64,000 nt of DNA from a virus, in the IMG/VR virus record IMGVR_UViG_3300020198_000012, positions 6,959 to 70,958 of that record; one strand, given 5' to 3'. Below the pieces are notes generated by a model. It saw nothing but the letters and a program-made list of their open reading frames with translations. It made no database searches and had not been told where the DNA came from. This document shows, piece by piece, positions 40,753-50,988 of this stretch. Each line of letters starts with the position of its first letter. Position 1 is the stretch's first letter. The position numbers and the translations under genes were made by a program.

Positions 40753-41236
40753 CCGTGAGAATTACTGTTGCCAAATCATCTACTTTATAATCAGCACCAA
40801 CTCCCTTACTACTGTCTATCCTTGTTATCTGCCCAGTTGCTGTGTCTGTATATTTGTGAACTCTTTCTATTCTATGAGGTGCTGTACCTGCTCCATCAGC
40901 ATCAGATTCCACAATATGACCGATGAATAATTTTTCCTCTGCACCAATATTTATAAATGACCAAATATGTAATTTATTTGAATCACCAGTATATTGTGTG
41001 TCCATGTAAGGCTGACTCGTTCCAGTTGAATCAACTCCACCATCAAGAGAATGTCTTGAACTATAATCACTATTTGAGTCATTATTCATTGTTAAAATGT
41101 GTCTTTTATCATCACCTGTTTTTAATGAATGATAAATCAATTCACCAAATTTTCTTGCTGGTAATGCTTCCGATGCACCTAAATCTAAATCTGCTGATGT
41201 TCCACTTAATTTATTGAATTTACTTGCCCAAGCCAT
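40745..41236 (-). CDS. Putative receptor-binding/tail protein (single repeat module)
   Basis: Homologous to both modules of 41238..42470; probable start MAWASK at 41236. Confidence 0.65.
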   Translation of the reverse strand: MAWASKFNKLSGTSADLDLGASEALPARKFGELIYHSLKTGDDKRHILTMNNDSNSDYSSRHSLDGGVDSTGTSQPYMDTQYTGDSNKLHIWSFINIGAEEKLFIGHIVESDADGAGTAPHRIERVHKYTDTATGQITRIDSSKGVGADYKVDDLATVILTDD

Positions 41237-41237
41237 C

Positions 41238-42470
41238 TTAATCACTACCCCATCCTGCAATTATAGATCCTGCTGCAAAGGATCCAGATCCAGTATTATT
41301 AATTTCATATTCTGTTATCTGTGTAGATGTGTTAGCCCACTTACCAACAAACTCTCTACGTCTTGGTGCAGTTCCAGCTCCAGCAGTATTTTGGCTAACA
41401 GAATGCCCGATGAATAATTTTTCTTTGGAACTAACATTAATGAAAAATATATCTATAAAATTATTGAATGAAATATTTAACATTGCCTGTAATGCTGATT
41501 GTGAGATTCCTGTAGAATCTGCTCCTCCATTGTCACTATATCTACTTGCATAATTGCCTGATGTATCATTGTTCACCTGTGTATTCATATCAAGTGTTCC
41601 TGACTGTTTTATGAATGCCATTATTCTACAATATTTTTTTGCTGTGAATGTCCCACTTGATAAATTGTCGCCTGCACCACTTAGTTCGTTAGGAGCAAAC
41701 AACTGTCCCCAGAAATTATCTGTGTGAGTATCTGCTGAATCTAATCCTAGAACTATTGCCTCACTTCCAGATTCATAAGTCCCTGCATTTGGTCTTACAT
41801 CAACTCTGTTTATTGCAGCAGATGTATTAGCCCATTTAGCAACTCCTTCTGCTCTATTTGGTGCGTTGCCTGCACCTGCTGTGTTTTGATTACAAGCCTC
41901 ACCACCACAAACTAATTTTTCTTTTGATGAATAATTTGCAACATAAAAATTATAGAATGTTGGCGAAGTATTCCAGTCAGCATCCGTATAATTAAATTTA
42001 GTTACTGACGTTGATGTAGCATCTGCCCCACCATTTCGACTAAATCGACCACAAAAATTAGTTCCACTATCATCATTAAAACCAAAATTTGACCGAGCCT
42101 TTACGCTAGGAACATGATATACTAATACGTTTAATAATCTTTTATCTGATAATCCTGTCACATCAATATTTGATGGACTGCTTACTGCACTTGTTCTTCC
42201 TAATTCTTTCCATCCACCTATATCTCCTGCTCCACGATGCATAGAAGTAAACATCATCATAGGATCTGCAAAGCTATTAAATCTAGAATAATCAGGAGAT
42301 ATAAATTTAGCGAAATTTTGTTTAGCTTCTCTAGTGAAATTTCTTAACCCGTTTTTAATATAATTAGTACAATATTTTCCAAAAGAGTATTCACTAATGG
42401 CAGTATTTCTTATAGGATCATTACTTTTAGCAATCTGTTTTGCAGATTGTTGAAGAAGAGAAGTATTCAA
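41238..42470 (-). CDS. Putative receptor-binding/tail protein with two tandem modules
   Basis: Duplicated N.D...NY..R.S.NGGAD...KEKL..G....QNTAGAG.AP.R...KWANTS..I motif. Confidence 0.7.
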   Translation of the reverse strand: MNTSLLQQSAKQIAKSNDPIRNTAISEYSFGKYCTNYIKNGLRNFTREAKQNFAKFISPDYSRFNSFADPMMMFTSMHRGAGDIGGWKELGRTSAVSSPSNIDVTGLSDKRLLNVLVYHVPSVKARSNFGFNDDSGTNFCGRFSRNGGADATSTSVTKFNYTDADWNTSPTFYNFYVANYSSKEKLVCGGEACNQNTAGAGNAPNRAEGVAKWANTSAAINRVDVRPNAGTYESGSEAIVLGLDSADTHTDNFWGQLFAPNELSGAGDNLSSGTFTAKKYCRIMAFIKQSGTLDMNTQVNNDTSGNYASRYSDNGGADSTGISQSALQAMLNISFNNFIDIFFINVSSKEKLFIGHSVSQNTAGAGTAPRRREFVGKWANTSTQITEYEINNTGSGSFAAGSIIAGWGSD

Positions 42471-42489
42471 TTAGTAATAATTATTACTA

Positions 42490-43209
42490 TTAGACTGCTA
42501 CAGCCTTTAGTAATGTAAATTCGACTGAAATACCTAAAACCCATAAATCTTGGCCTAAGGTATCAGAAGTATCTGAAGGAACTCTGCGAACTCTAATAAA
42601 ATAGATATCGCCTGATTGAGGAGATCCTCCTGGTGTTATAGCAGAAGTCTGAGCTGTTTCCATTAGATCGTTTACTGATGTAACAGTGTCTGTAACCGAT
42701 TGAGCTGTTCCTAAAGCAGCATCTAAAGCATCGTCGTTGCCGATAGCTACTGCAGCAATGAAGAATTTTGCATCAGCTGATCCAGCTGCACAAGTCCAGT
42801 AAACTGAAACTTTAATAGTAGAAGAATAATCAATATTTCTCATAGGTTTCCATTGTGCCCACATATTAGAGGTGGTTGCATCAGGCATTTTATGACCATG
42901 CCAATTTAATTGATTTGTTGAAGTTTCTTTTTCTTCAAACGTTGTTGAATCTGTAGACGATTTCATAAATGCTCCTGCAGATATCCATAAATCTTGTAAT
43001 CCTCTAACTTCTAAGAAAGTATATTCTCTAGGATTAACTACTTTAATAAATTTATATTTTCCTAAAGTAGTGTCATATAATAGATCTCCTACAGTCATAT
43101 TAGCATCTGCTTCGGAATCTATTTCAGAAGTAGTACCTCTACGAATTCCTCTTTTATTGATTAAAAGGGCTGTAATTGTATCTCCAGTACTCCATTTATC
43201 TAGGGCCAT
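42490..43209 (-). CDS. Tail structural protein
   Basis: Ser/Thr/Ala-rich beta protein within the tail module. Confidence 0.55.
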   Translation of the reverse strand: MALDKWSTGDTITALLINKRGIRRGTTSEIDSEADANMTVGDLLYDTTLGKYKFIKVVNPREYTFLEVRGLQDLWISAGAFMKSSTDSTTFEEKETSTNQLNWHGHKMPDATTSNMWAQWKPMRNIDYSSTIKVSVYWTCAAGSADAKFFIAAVAIGNDDALDAALGTAQSVTDTVTSVNDLMETAQTSAITPGGSPQSGDIYFIRVRRVPSDTSDTLGQDLWVLGISVEFTLLKAVAV

Positions 43210-43582
43210 CTTCTCTCACTGTTAAATCAATTAGTTCTATGAAACACCATGATTCATAATCTTTTTTACAAGGTCCACAACTTCTTGTTAGGTAATTACC
43301 TTTACAAGATAGACAGAGGGACTTGTAATACTCATTTCTTATCTTTAAGGTTTCATTTATCTCCTGATGGACAATTTGTTCCAAAAGGGATATCCTTTTA
43401 TAATGGAAATCTATCAGATAATCCATAGGATATGTTTCATCACTATTTTCAGGTTTTAATCCTATAACTTTAATATCGGAAGGTAATTCTGAGTGTAATT
43501 GTTTTAGATGTTCTTGTAATCCTTGTATTTGTAATGCAATATCTCCTATTTTTTGATAGCAGATTAAATTATCTAATTTCAT
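43196..43582 (-). CDS. Hypothetical protein with coiled coil and CxxC pair
   Basis: Coupled ORF; CLSC...CGPC. Confidence 0.55.
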   Translation of the reverse strand: MKLDNLICYQKIGDIALQIQGLQEHLKQLHSELPSDIKVIGLKPENSDETYPMDYLIDFHYKRISLLEQIVHQEINETLKIRNEYYKSLCLSCKGNYLTRSCGPCKKDYESWCFIELIDLTVREDGPR

Positions 43583-44217
43583 CCAATATCTCCAAAACCT
43601 ACCCTGGCGGTACCCACTTCAAAAGTTCCAGTGGCTTGTACAACTGGAGCACTAATAATTTCACCAATAGCACCTCCATCTATGACATCTTCTGATGGTA
43701 AGGTGTCTGTGTAATAAGTAATTTTAAATGAAATTGATAATACTTGTTGAGCTCCTTGTTCAGTTACTCTTTTCAACCAAAATGGAACACCTTCTCCTGC
43801 TTTTAACAAGCCTATTGGAAGGACTACTGTATCATAAGGACCGTCTGGAGAATCAGCATCTTCTGAAAAGAATTTTAATCCTGAAGGAGTAGTATCTTCT
43901 GTGGCGATAGATTGTGCTACACCAGAAGTTGATCCATCTCCTTTCCCTACAGTATCTAAAGCACCGGATATTTCAGTTAAAACAGGATTGGTAGTAATTT
44001 CTATTGTTACTCCGTTGATAGGGCTACCTGAAGGATTGTAAACGTAAAAACAACGATATTCTGTTTTACCTGTTAAAGCTTCGGATCTAGTAATATTGTC
44101 AAAAGCATTTTCAAGGGTATTATCTGTTACAGCTGTAGAAGACATTATTCCTCCTAAAGATCCCTTAGGATCATTATTGGAAGATCCACCAGATAATCTT
44201 AATTCAGGAACAGCCAT
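43579..44217 (-). CDS. Conserved virion/tail protein
   Basis: LSGGSSNNDP.GSLGG..SST...N.FD.I...EA..G.TEYRCFYVYN motif seen in phage structural regions. Confidence 0.6.
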   Translation of the reverse strand: MAVPELRLSGGSSNNDPKGSLGGIMSSTAVTDNTLENAFDNITRSEALTGKTEYRCFYVYNPSGSPINGVTIEITTNPVLTEISGALDTVGKGDGSTSGVAQSIATEDTTPSGLKFFSEDADSPDGPYDTVVLPIGLLKAGEGVPFWLKRVTEQGAQQVLSISFKITYYTDTLPSEDVIDGGAIGEIISAPVVQATGTFEVGTARVGFGDIG

Positions 44218-44220
44218 AGT

Positions 44221-45822
44221 TTATCTTTTCTTTTTAAGGAACATTTTTTGATCACAGGAGAAAATAGACTCATTTGCTCTCCATTTAACATAAGTATCTA
44301 CATCTCCAATATTAAAGGGCTTTGGAATGCCATTGATGACAGTTGTCGGTTTAGAGGCCAATGTTCCTACAGAAACTATTGCATCATCTTCAAAAGTCCA
44401 TATCATATCTTGTAAAGTGGTGGCATCTACAGCTGTTACGACTAGTCCTGTTGGATTTTCTACTATTCCTAACCATCCTATAGTGTCATTTGCTACTACA
44501 TCATACCATCCAAACCAATTATCGTTTATAAGATCTAGACCAGTAGTAGCATTACTATCATCAGTAAAAGTGAAAGGATTAACTACTGGGGAAAGATTAG
44601 CAGGGTTGCCTCTATTGGCATCATCGGTGTTTTTCTGGTTAAAATCGGGAATATCAGTTGTAGTGTTTTTTGTACTAAGGGCAAACCTTTGTTTAGAAGT
44701 AGCTATTTTAAATTTCTTTGTGTTACAAACCACTCTAACGTAAGGATTTCCTCTTCTCATATCAATTGTATGATCTACAATACCATATTTTACTATAAAT
44801 TTACATTGTGAATCATTAAAGCGTTCGAAAACAACATCATGTAAAGTAACTCCTAGGTCACTATTTGAAGCAATTGGTTTAATAGTTCCTGTGGATTCCC
44901 ATGCGATTCCATCCCATCCAAAGATTTCTACTCCGGGAGAGGTATTTATTTCTGCTCTAATTAATCCATTTTCTATTACTCTCTCTCCAACGAATTCATG
45001 ATCAGAAGAATACACTCTTGTCCAATCTGCTTCATCTGCTTCATTTTCTGTGTCCCATACTTTGATGTTACCATTTAAACGATTATCTAGATCGACATCA
45101 TATGAAATGAAAATGTTAGGATAGAATATCCATACAAAATCACTTTTCAAAGTTTTTAAAGAAGTTTTATCTGAAATTCCTTTAATAAATAATTTAACTT
45201 CAGCTACATTAGCAGTAATAGTTCCATTGAAAATCCTTGTTTTATCATCCATTCCTGTCATTTCTCTGTAATATAATTTTGTTACACCATCTTTAAGATA
45301 ATCTAATTGAAATATTACTTCTGTCTTTGTAGCAGATATATTCTGAGTTGCTAAAGTTGTTTCAACGTCATCTACTTCTTCAATTAATTTTAAAATGTTA
45401 TTGCTTGCGCCGGCTGAAAGTTCTATGATAATCTTATCACTAGTTGCTAAATCTTCGAAAACATATCGTAGTTTTTCTGTTCCAGAAGATAAAGATGCAT
45501 CTTGTAATTCCATATGACCGTATACAGTTATTCCTGGATAGAGATAACTAAAAGTAGCATATGTACCGATTTTTGTAACTTCAGTACCATCAACAGATTC
45601 TAATTTAACTTCCAGTTTACCAGAAGCAACATCAACAGAATCATTTGTAATGTTTCCTGAAGAAGTAATGTTTAACTCTCCTCCCATTGTAACATTATAT
45701 TGACTACCTAAAAGATAGTTAATAATTGGAATACTTCCATCTTGAGAGGTTCTATCATAGACCTTTGCTAAAGGACTGAATTTTTCAGCTGCTACTGGAG
45801 GAGATATTGAAAATCTAGCCAT
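44221..45822 (-). CDS. Minor tail protein
   Basis: 533-aa beta-rich ORF downstream of the tape measure gene. Confidence 0.6.
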   Translation of the reverse strand: MARFSISPPVAAEKFSPLAKVYDRTSQDGSIPIINYLLGSQYNVTMGGELNITSSGNITNDSVDVASGKLEVKLESVDGTEVTKIGTYATFSYLYPGITVYGHMELQDASLSSGTEKLRYVFEDLATSDKIIIELSAGASNNILKLIEEVDDVETTLATQNISATKTEVIFQLDYLKDGVTKLYYREMTGMDDKTRIFNGTITANVAEVKLFIKGISDKTSLKTLKSDFVWIFYPNIFISYDVDLDNRLNGNIKVWDTENEADEADWTRVYSSDHEFVGERVIENGLIRAEINTSPGVEIFGWDGIAWESTGTIKPIASNSDLGVTLHDVVFERFNDSQCKFIVKYGIVDHTIDMRRGNPYVRVVCNTKKFKIATSKQRFALSTKNTTTDIPDFNQKNTDDANRGNPANLSPVVNPFTFTDDSNATTGLDLINDNWFGWYDVVANDTIGWLGIVENPTGLVVTAVDATTLQDMIWTFEDDAIVSVGTLASKPTTVINGIPKPFNIGDVDTYVKWRANESIFSCDQKMFLKKKR

Positions 45823-45823
45823 G

Positions 45824-46357
45824 TTAAGTTAATAAAAAGTCAAAGAAGAAATCCAATAAAGGATCTCCAAAGGATACATTACCTGCGATGCCATTAAGAC
45901 TACCAAATCCAACACCATCTTCATCTAATTCCAAATCTCCCGAATCACCATCTTGTAAATCTCCTTTATTTGCAAATTGTATTAGTTCTATGTTATAATC
46001 AAATGCTACCGTATCTGATCCATTATGGTTAACATATTGAGGTCCATCTACACCAGATTCTGCACTATCTAAGGCATATGTTCCACTATAAATAATATCA
46101 AAATCTGGATCAGTTGTTGCAAATATTACTGTTGGTTGGTCAGGGTTCTTACAAAGTTGTTTCAAGGCATAAGCTGCAGATAATGGCCAAATCTTTCCAG
46201 TTATTTGTAGTACAAAGGTTTCAGGACCTGTATCTATAACAAAAGGGAAGTTCTTTAATACTTTATCTACTTGCTGTTTCCTGGCAACTTTCCATTTAAT
46301 AGATTCTGGAGGGATTGGAAAAGTTATACCATGTAATTGCCATGTATAATTAGGCAT
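45824..46357 (-). CDS. Distal tail (Dit)-like protein
   Basis: Directly follows the tape measure gene; FPIPPESI, GPET..LQITG. Confidence 0.55.
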   Translation of the reverse strand: MPNYTWQLHGITFPIPPESIKWKVARKQQVDKVLKNFPFVIDTGPETFVLQITGKIWPLSAAYALKQLCKNPDQPTVIFATTDPDFDIIYSGTYALDSAESGVDGPQYVNHNGSDTVAFDYNIELIQFANKGDLQDGDSGDLELDEDGVGFGSLNGIAGNVSFGDPLLDFFFDFLLT

Positions 46358-46358
46358 T

Positions 46359-49301
46359 TTATCTTGCTAACCTCTTCATTGATTTACCTCGGATGCTGTC
46401 TCCTAATAAAGAAGACAGTCGGTCTATTAAATCATCCACGGTTCCTTCAGATGCATTACCTTCTATAGTGATATTAATATCATTAACTACAGTAGAAGTG
46501 TTTCCTCCTTTAAGGTTGTTCATTATTCCTGATAGTCTATCTAGAGGAATAATTGCTTCAGGACCAGCTTCTCCCACTAATCCTAGTGTAGGAGCTGTTA
46601 TAACACCACCGCTGGCGAATCCACTTATTCCACGACTTTTGGAAAAGGTAGTAGATCTTGCTCTAGCCGCTAATGATCTCATTGCATTAGCTAATTCGTC
46701 TGCAGCACTTTGAACTTTTATTAATCTTTCATTAACTCCTATGATTTGGACTTGCATGATATATAGGAGGGTGCTTGTGTGATTTAACTTTGCTATTAAT
46801 CTTGTTAACGAAGATATAAAGGTCGTAGAAGTTGCATTGACTACCGTTAACCTTCCATTAAAGGTTGTAGATGTTAAAGATAACGTATTAATTAGGTAAG
46901 TTAACGTATCTGTGCTAGTCAATAAAGTTAAGAAACTGTTATTTAGAAGGTCGATCATTTCAGATAAAAGTGTTATCCTTGCTTGTAATTCCTCGGATTG
47001 TATCATTCCTGTAAGGTCACCAGCTTCTGCATAAGCAGGTTGCATTGAAGGGATAAGACTAGCTAATCCACCCAATAAGGCTGCTATGGTAAAGTGTTCT
47101 TTAAACCATTTTTCAATACCCTCCGCTAATCCCTTTCCCCATTCTTCTCCTTTCGCAACAAAATCAGAAAATCCAATAGCCTCGTCTATTATTTCTATGA
47201 TATCCCATAAATCATCTGCCATAGCTTTAATTCCTGTCCAAATTGCAGATCCTATTATTTTCCCGCCATTAACAATAGTGTTCCAGGCGTCTGTAATAGC
47301 TTTAGGAAGATCCTCAGTGAAAAATTTAGGAACATCTTTCTTGAAAAATTTATTAAGCCATATACCAGCATGAACTACGGCATCATTAACGTCTAATTTA
47401 AATTTTTCCCAAGATTCTGCTGATTTGATTTTAAATTCAGCATAACCAATAATTAAATCATTAATCCAACTTCTCCAATTCATATCGGCTTCTTCTAACC
47501 ACGTAGGAAAATCCTCTTCCCAAAATTTAGTCCAACCATCAATCATGTTTTTAAGACCTTCCTCATGCGATTTAGCAACCTCTTCATTCCATTTAGTAAA
47601 AGGTCCTTCGATTAATGACCACCAAGCAATTTCCAAATGAGTTACCGCATCTCTTAATGCGACATTTTCTTCCCATACCTCATGTGTCCATTTTGCTAGT
47701 TCCCAACCTATTATAAATCCTGAAACAACGGCTATGGCAGCAAGGCCACCAACAAGTAATATAGTTGCGGTTCCGGCAAGCATAGCAGTAAGTCCAAAGA
47801 ATTGCAAAGCTGCACCCATTACCAACATTGGAACGATGAATTGTCCTATAATTGCTAATCCTGCTAATGCTCCTACTATTAATAAAATAGCTGAAACAAC
47901 AAATTTTAATAAAGGTTTGTTTTTTGTCAAAACCTTCATTATTGCTTTAAGAAATTTTCCTCCTTCTTTAAGTATTGGAAGTAAATCCTCTTTTAAAATT
48001 TCTCCTAAAGTGAAAAAGAATTCTTGTACTTCCTTATCTTCAGCTAGGGATTGTAATATTGCTTGTAATTCTTGTATTACTGGAGCTAATCCCATAGTAA
48101 ATGCTAGTTTCAGAGATTGGATACTACCGGCCATTCTCTTTATTAGAGCAACTAAAGATTTTTCAGTTATCACCTCTGCTTGTTTTTTAGCAGTTCCTTT
48201 TTGAGAAGCTCCTTCTATTAATTCATCTAAAATCTCAATGTTATTAATTAAAGCTAAGAAGGCTCTTTCAGCATTAGCATCCATTTTTAGTGATTTTACA
48301 AAGGCTGATACACCCAATTCACCATGTTGTTTTTTAATTTTTACTATAGCTGTTTTAAATTCTTTTAAAACTTGTCCAAAATTCCTAACTTTTCCTGTAG
48401 AATCAAAAATCTCAACACCCATAGCTTTCATTGATGTACTTAAAGCTACTACTGGGTCTCTAAGATCTCTAAATGCTTGACCTAGAGCTAAACCAGCCCT
48501 ACCACCTTGTTGACCAATAATATCACTAACAAGACCTACCATTGCTCCTGTTTCTTCTAAGGTTAATCCCATTAGTATGGCTTGTTGTCCTGCTGCACCA
48601 AAGGAAATGATCAAATTTTGTATTTCAGCTGTTGATTGTCTGTTTACATTAACTAGAACATCAGCAACATCTTCATAAGAACGATTAAACATTTTTGAAA
48701 CTTTGACAATGTTCTGAGCTGCATCTGCTGCGTTAATTTCTTCAATTGCCATCAAGTTAAGAACTTGTGTAACAGCACCCATTGTTTGTTGAGCTATTTC
48801 TAATTCAGTGCCTACAAATTTAACTGCTTTGCCTACTTCTTTGGTAACTGTAGCAACTTCAGCAATATTGAACATAGTTCTACCCGATCCTAGTGTTAAC
48901 ATAGCATCGTTCATATACTGTATAGCTACAGCAGTTTTCTCGCTAGTGGATGTTAAATCTAATCCTGAAGCAATAACTGCTCTAACCATAGCATCTTGTG
49001 CTCCAGCAGCCTCTGATACAGTGCTTTGAACTATCCTACTAACTGATCTTAGAGCATCTCTAGCCCTGTTAGCAATAAAACCCCATTGGAAGGCCATAAA
49101 GCCTAGGGATTTTATATGTTTTTTAGCTACTTCATCAGTATCTCTTAAAGTAACATTGACTTTTTTAAGGTTATTATTAGTACCTTTAAAGGCACCTTTA
49201 ATATCATTAATATCAGCCTTTACTTTTTTAGTAACTGCGTCTATATTTTCAAAGCCTGTTGAAGACAGGTGAATATTAAAAGTTACATCAGTTCTTGGCA
49301 T
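46359..49301 (-). CDS. Tail tape measure protein
   Basis: 980 aa, helical TP901-like core, TM segments, Trp-periodic region, FASGG...PTLGLVGEAGPEAIIPL. Confidence 0.93.
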   Translation of the reverse strand: MPRTDVTFNIHLSSTGFENIDAVTKKVKADINDIKGAFKGTNNNLKKVNVTLRDTDEVAKKHIKSLGFMAFQWGFIANRARDALRSVSRIVQSTVSEAAGAQDAMVRAVIASGLDLTSTSEKTAVAIQYMNDAMLTLGSGRTMFNIAEVATVTKEVGKAVKFVGTELEIAQQTMGAVTQVLNLMAIEEINAADAAQNIVKVSKMFNRSYEDVADVLVNVNRQSTAEIQNLIISFGAAGQQAILMGLTLEETGAMVGLVSDIIGQQGGRAGLALGQAFRDLRDPVVALSTSMKAMGVEIFDSTGKVRNFGQVLKEFKTAIVKIKKQHGELGVSAFVKSLKMDANAERAFLALINNIEILDELIEGASQKGTAKKQAEVITEKSLVALIKRMAGSIQSLKLAFTMGLAPVIQELQAILQSLAEDKEVQEFFFTLGEILKEDLLPILKEGGKFLKAIMKVLTKNKPLLKFVVSAILLIVGALAGLAIIGQFIVPMLVMGAALQFFGLTAMLAGTATILLVGGLAAIAVVSGFIIGWELAKWTHEVWEENVALRDAVTHLEIAWWSLIEGPFTKWNEEVAKSHEEGLKNMIDGWTKFWEEDFPTWLEEADMNWRSWINDLIIGYAEFKIKSAESWEKFKLDVNDAVVHAGIWLNKFFKKDVPKFFTEDLPKAITDAWNTIVNGGKIIGSAIWTGIKAMADDLWDIIEIIDEAIGFSDFVAKGEEWGKGLAEGIEKWFKEHFTIAALLGGLASLIPSMQPAYAEAGDLTGMIQSEELQARITLLSEMIDLLNNSFLTLLTSTDTLTYLINTLSLTSTTFNGRLTVVNATSTTFISSLTRLIAKLNHTSTLLYIMQVQIIGVNERLIKVQSAADELANAMRSLAARARSTTFSKSRGISGFASGGVITAPTLGLVGEAGPEAIIPLDRLSGIMNNLKGGNTSTVVNDINITIEGNASEGTVDDLIDRLSSLLGDSIRGKSMKRLAR

Positions 49302-49345
49302 ATTTTTTGTTTATATTTTAAAATAAGGAAAGAAAAAAGAAGTTG

Positions 49346-49594
49346 TTAGTGAGAGTGTTGTCTATATTGAGGATTGGTTGCATACATTTTAGAATATCTT
49401 TGTGCCTGTTTCCCTTTGTTAGATCTTGCCAAAGATTCGACTTCGCGATTTGATTCAGAAAGCATTGCTATAGAAAGAAGAATGCCTTCAGCAGAATCTC
49501 TTTCGAACCCTAAAATTTCATGAGGAAATGCACAGGGCACTGCCTGACAGAGCTGTGCTAAGGATTTGCCGAATTTTGACTCTGCAATTTTTTT
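49346..49594 (-). CDS. Tail assembly chaperone GT extension (-1 frame)
   Basis: Frame is open from the slippery A7 at 49588-49594 to the stop at 49346. Confidence 0.75.
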   Translation of the reverse strand, partial: KKIAESKFGKSLAQLCQAVPCAFPHEILGFERDSAEGILLSIAMLSESNREVESLARSNKGKQAQRYSKMYATNPQYRQHSH

Positions 49595-50001
49595 CGAGCT
49601 TCTTCTGCTTCTCTAGTCATTCCTGTAATTTCTGTTATTTTGTTAAAAATCGCTAGAACAGTATTGTAACTTAGATCTCTAATGTGAATTGCTTCACCAG
49701 TTAGTAATCTAGGATCATTATTGTCTATGGTTACAGGAGGATCTATTGTGCAAGCAGGTAGGAGGATGTCAATTAAAGGGAGTATTTGTTCTTTAAGATA
49801 CTTTGCATCCTCGTCTGAAAGGTCATCAGATTTTATGTCATGTACATTCTTTGGCATTGAAGAAAATTTATCTAAATTAGATAAAAGATCATAGGTAGGT
49901 ATTGGTCTTATAAGCCAAGTTACCTTTCCTACACCGTCTTCCTCAAGGTCAAAGCTTGTTTGTGATTTTTTTCGAAGCTGTGATACTTTTGGATTTGTCA
50001 T
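49558..50001 (-). CDS. Tail assembly chaperone G
   Basis: Between tail tube and tape measure genes; ends ...ARKK at the slippery site. Confidence 0.8.
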   Translation of the reverse strand: MTNPKVSQLRKKSQTSFDLEEDGVGKVTWLIRPIPTYDLLSNLDKFSSMPKNVHDIKSDDLSDEDAKYLKEQILPLIDILLPACTIDPPVTIDNNDPRLLTGEAIHIRDLSYNTVLAIFNKITEITGMTREAEEARKKLQSQNSANP

Positions 50002-50010
50002 TAAACCTCT

Positions 50011-50970
50011 TTATCCAGTAAATTGTGCATTAGTTTTTTCATTAACTATTGTCACAAGTATTGGATCACCGTTTGAATCCCTTTGGGCTGTAAAGTCAAT
50101 TGTTTGTACTAATCGTTCGTAGTTGTCTACTGGTAAGTTATTTGTATCATATGCAATATCTGGAAGATCTACTTTAATTTTTCTATAAGCTTCACCAGAA
50201 CCATATGAACCTTCTAGTACAACTTGTTTATCTGTACCATCTAACCAATCTTGATATCTAGTTTCTACATCATATCGTAGATCCATTGAACCAGTAACAT
50301 CAAGCATGGCTATAATACCAGCTGGAAGATATTTGCTACCTAAAGCAAAAGAATCTTCTTCAACATTATTCTCACACGTAATTGACATGGATTCTACAAA
50401 AGTAGCTGACGAACCACCAAAGGTTGCAGAAACTTCTGTTCCTCCTAAAGGTCTTTCCACAGAATTGAACTCTGGGAATGTAACTGAAGATAAGGTACCC
50501 ATAGATAATTCTTTTCTAAATACAACATCAAAGGAAGCCATTAAAAGTTCAGCTGGATTGTAATCTAATGTCATAGTATTTACAATTCCACCAACATATC
50601 TATGAGCTTTGACATCTCTTCCAAATTCAGCCCTGAAGAATGGAATTGTCTTGGCTTTTGTAATAACATGTTGATTTACATCAGTGTTTGGGGTTCCTAA
50701 AGTTGTAGTAACAGTACCTAATGCATAATAAACTAAACTCGCAGCTCCAACAGGAAACAATGGAACACTTATTGATCCAGTGAATTTCTGTGGTCCTTGA
50801 ATTTTACTTCTTTTAACCCTATCAGAGGTTGTTAATGGATAAATGTATTGATGATCACCACTAATATCATCTCCACCAACATCTAGTGCATGAGAATTTG
50901 CTCCGAACGAACCAAATGACTCGTCTGTAAAGGTTGTTTTCTTTTCAAACAGCATATATCGGTCGGTCAT
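50011..50970 (-). CDS. Tail tube (major tail) protein
   Basis: GSISVPL...YYALG...HVIT...Y.GGIVNTM.L...N...GSMDL pattern; synteny. Confidence 0.85.
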   Translation of the reverse strand: MTDRYMLFEKKTTFTDESFGSFGANSHALDVGGDDISGDHQYIYPLTTSDRVKRSKIQGPQKFTGSISVPLFPVGAASLVYYALGTVTTTLGTPNTDVNQHVITKAKTIPFFRAEFGRDVKAHRYVGGIVNTMTLDYNPAELLMASFDVVFRKELSMGTLSSVTFPEFNSVERPLGGTEVSATFGGSSATFVESMSITCENNVEEDSFALGSKYLPAGIIAMLDVTGSMDLRYDVETRYQDWLDGTDKQVVLEGSYGSGEAYRKIKVDLPDIAYDTNNLPVDNYERLVQTIDFTAQRDSNGDPILVTIVNEKTNAQFTG

Positions 50971-50988
50971 ATTTTTTTATTCACCTAA

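Noticed and set aside
40745-42470. Diversity-generating retroelement acting on the repeated tail modules
   Set aside because: No reverse transcriptase in the window. The copies are diverged at all base types and all are coding, unlike a TR/VR pair.
46393-49029. + strand ORFs antisense to the tape measure gene (and similar antisense ORFs such as 125..412, 2871..3251, 44327..44743, 62838..63158)
   Set aside because: Shadow ORFs opposite well-supported genes, with no motifs and against the arm's strand polarity.
50011-50970. Contractile tail sheath (myovirus)
   Set aside because: Only a tube-like gene lies between the neck genes and chaperones. No sheath or baseplate-J-like gene was recognised.
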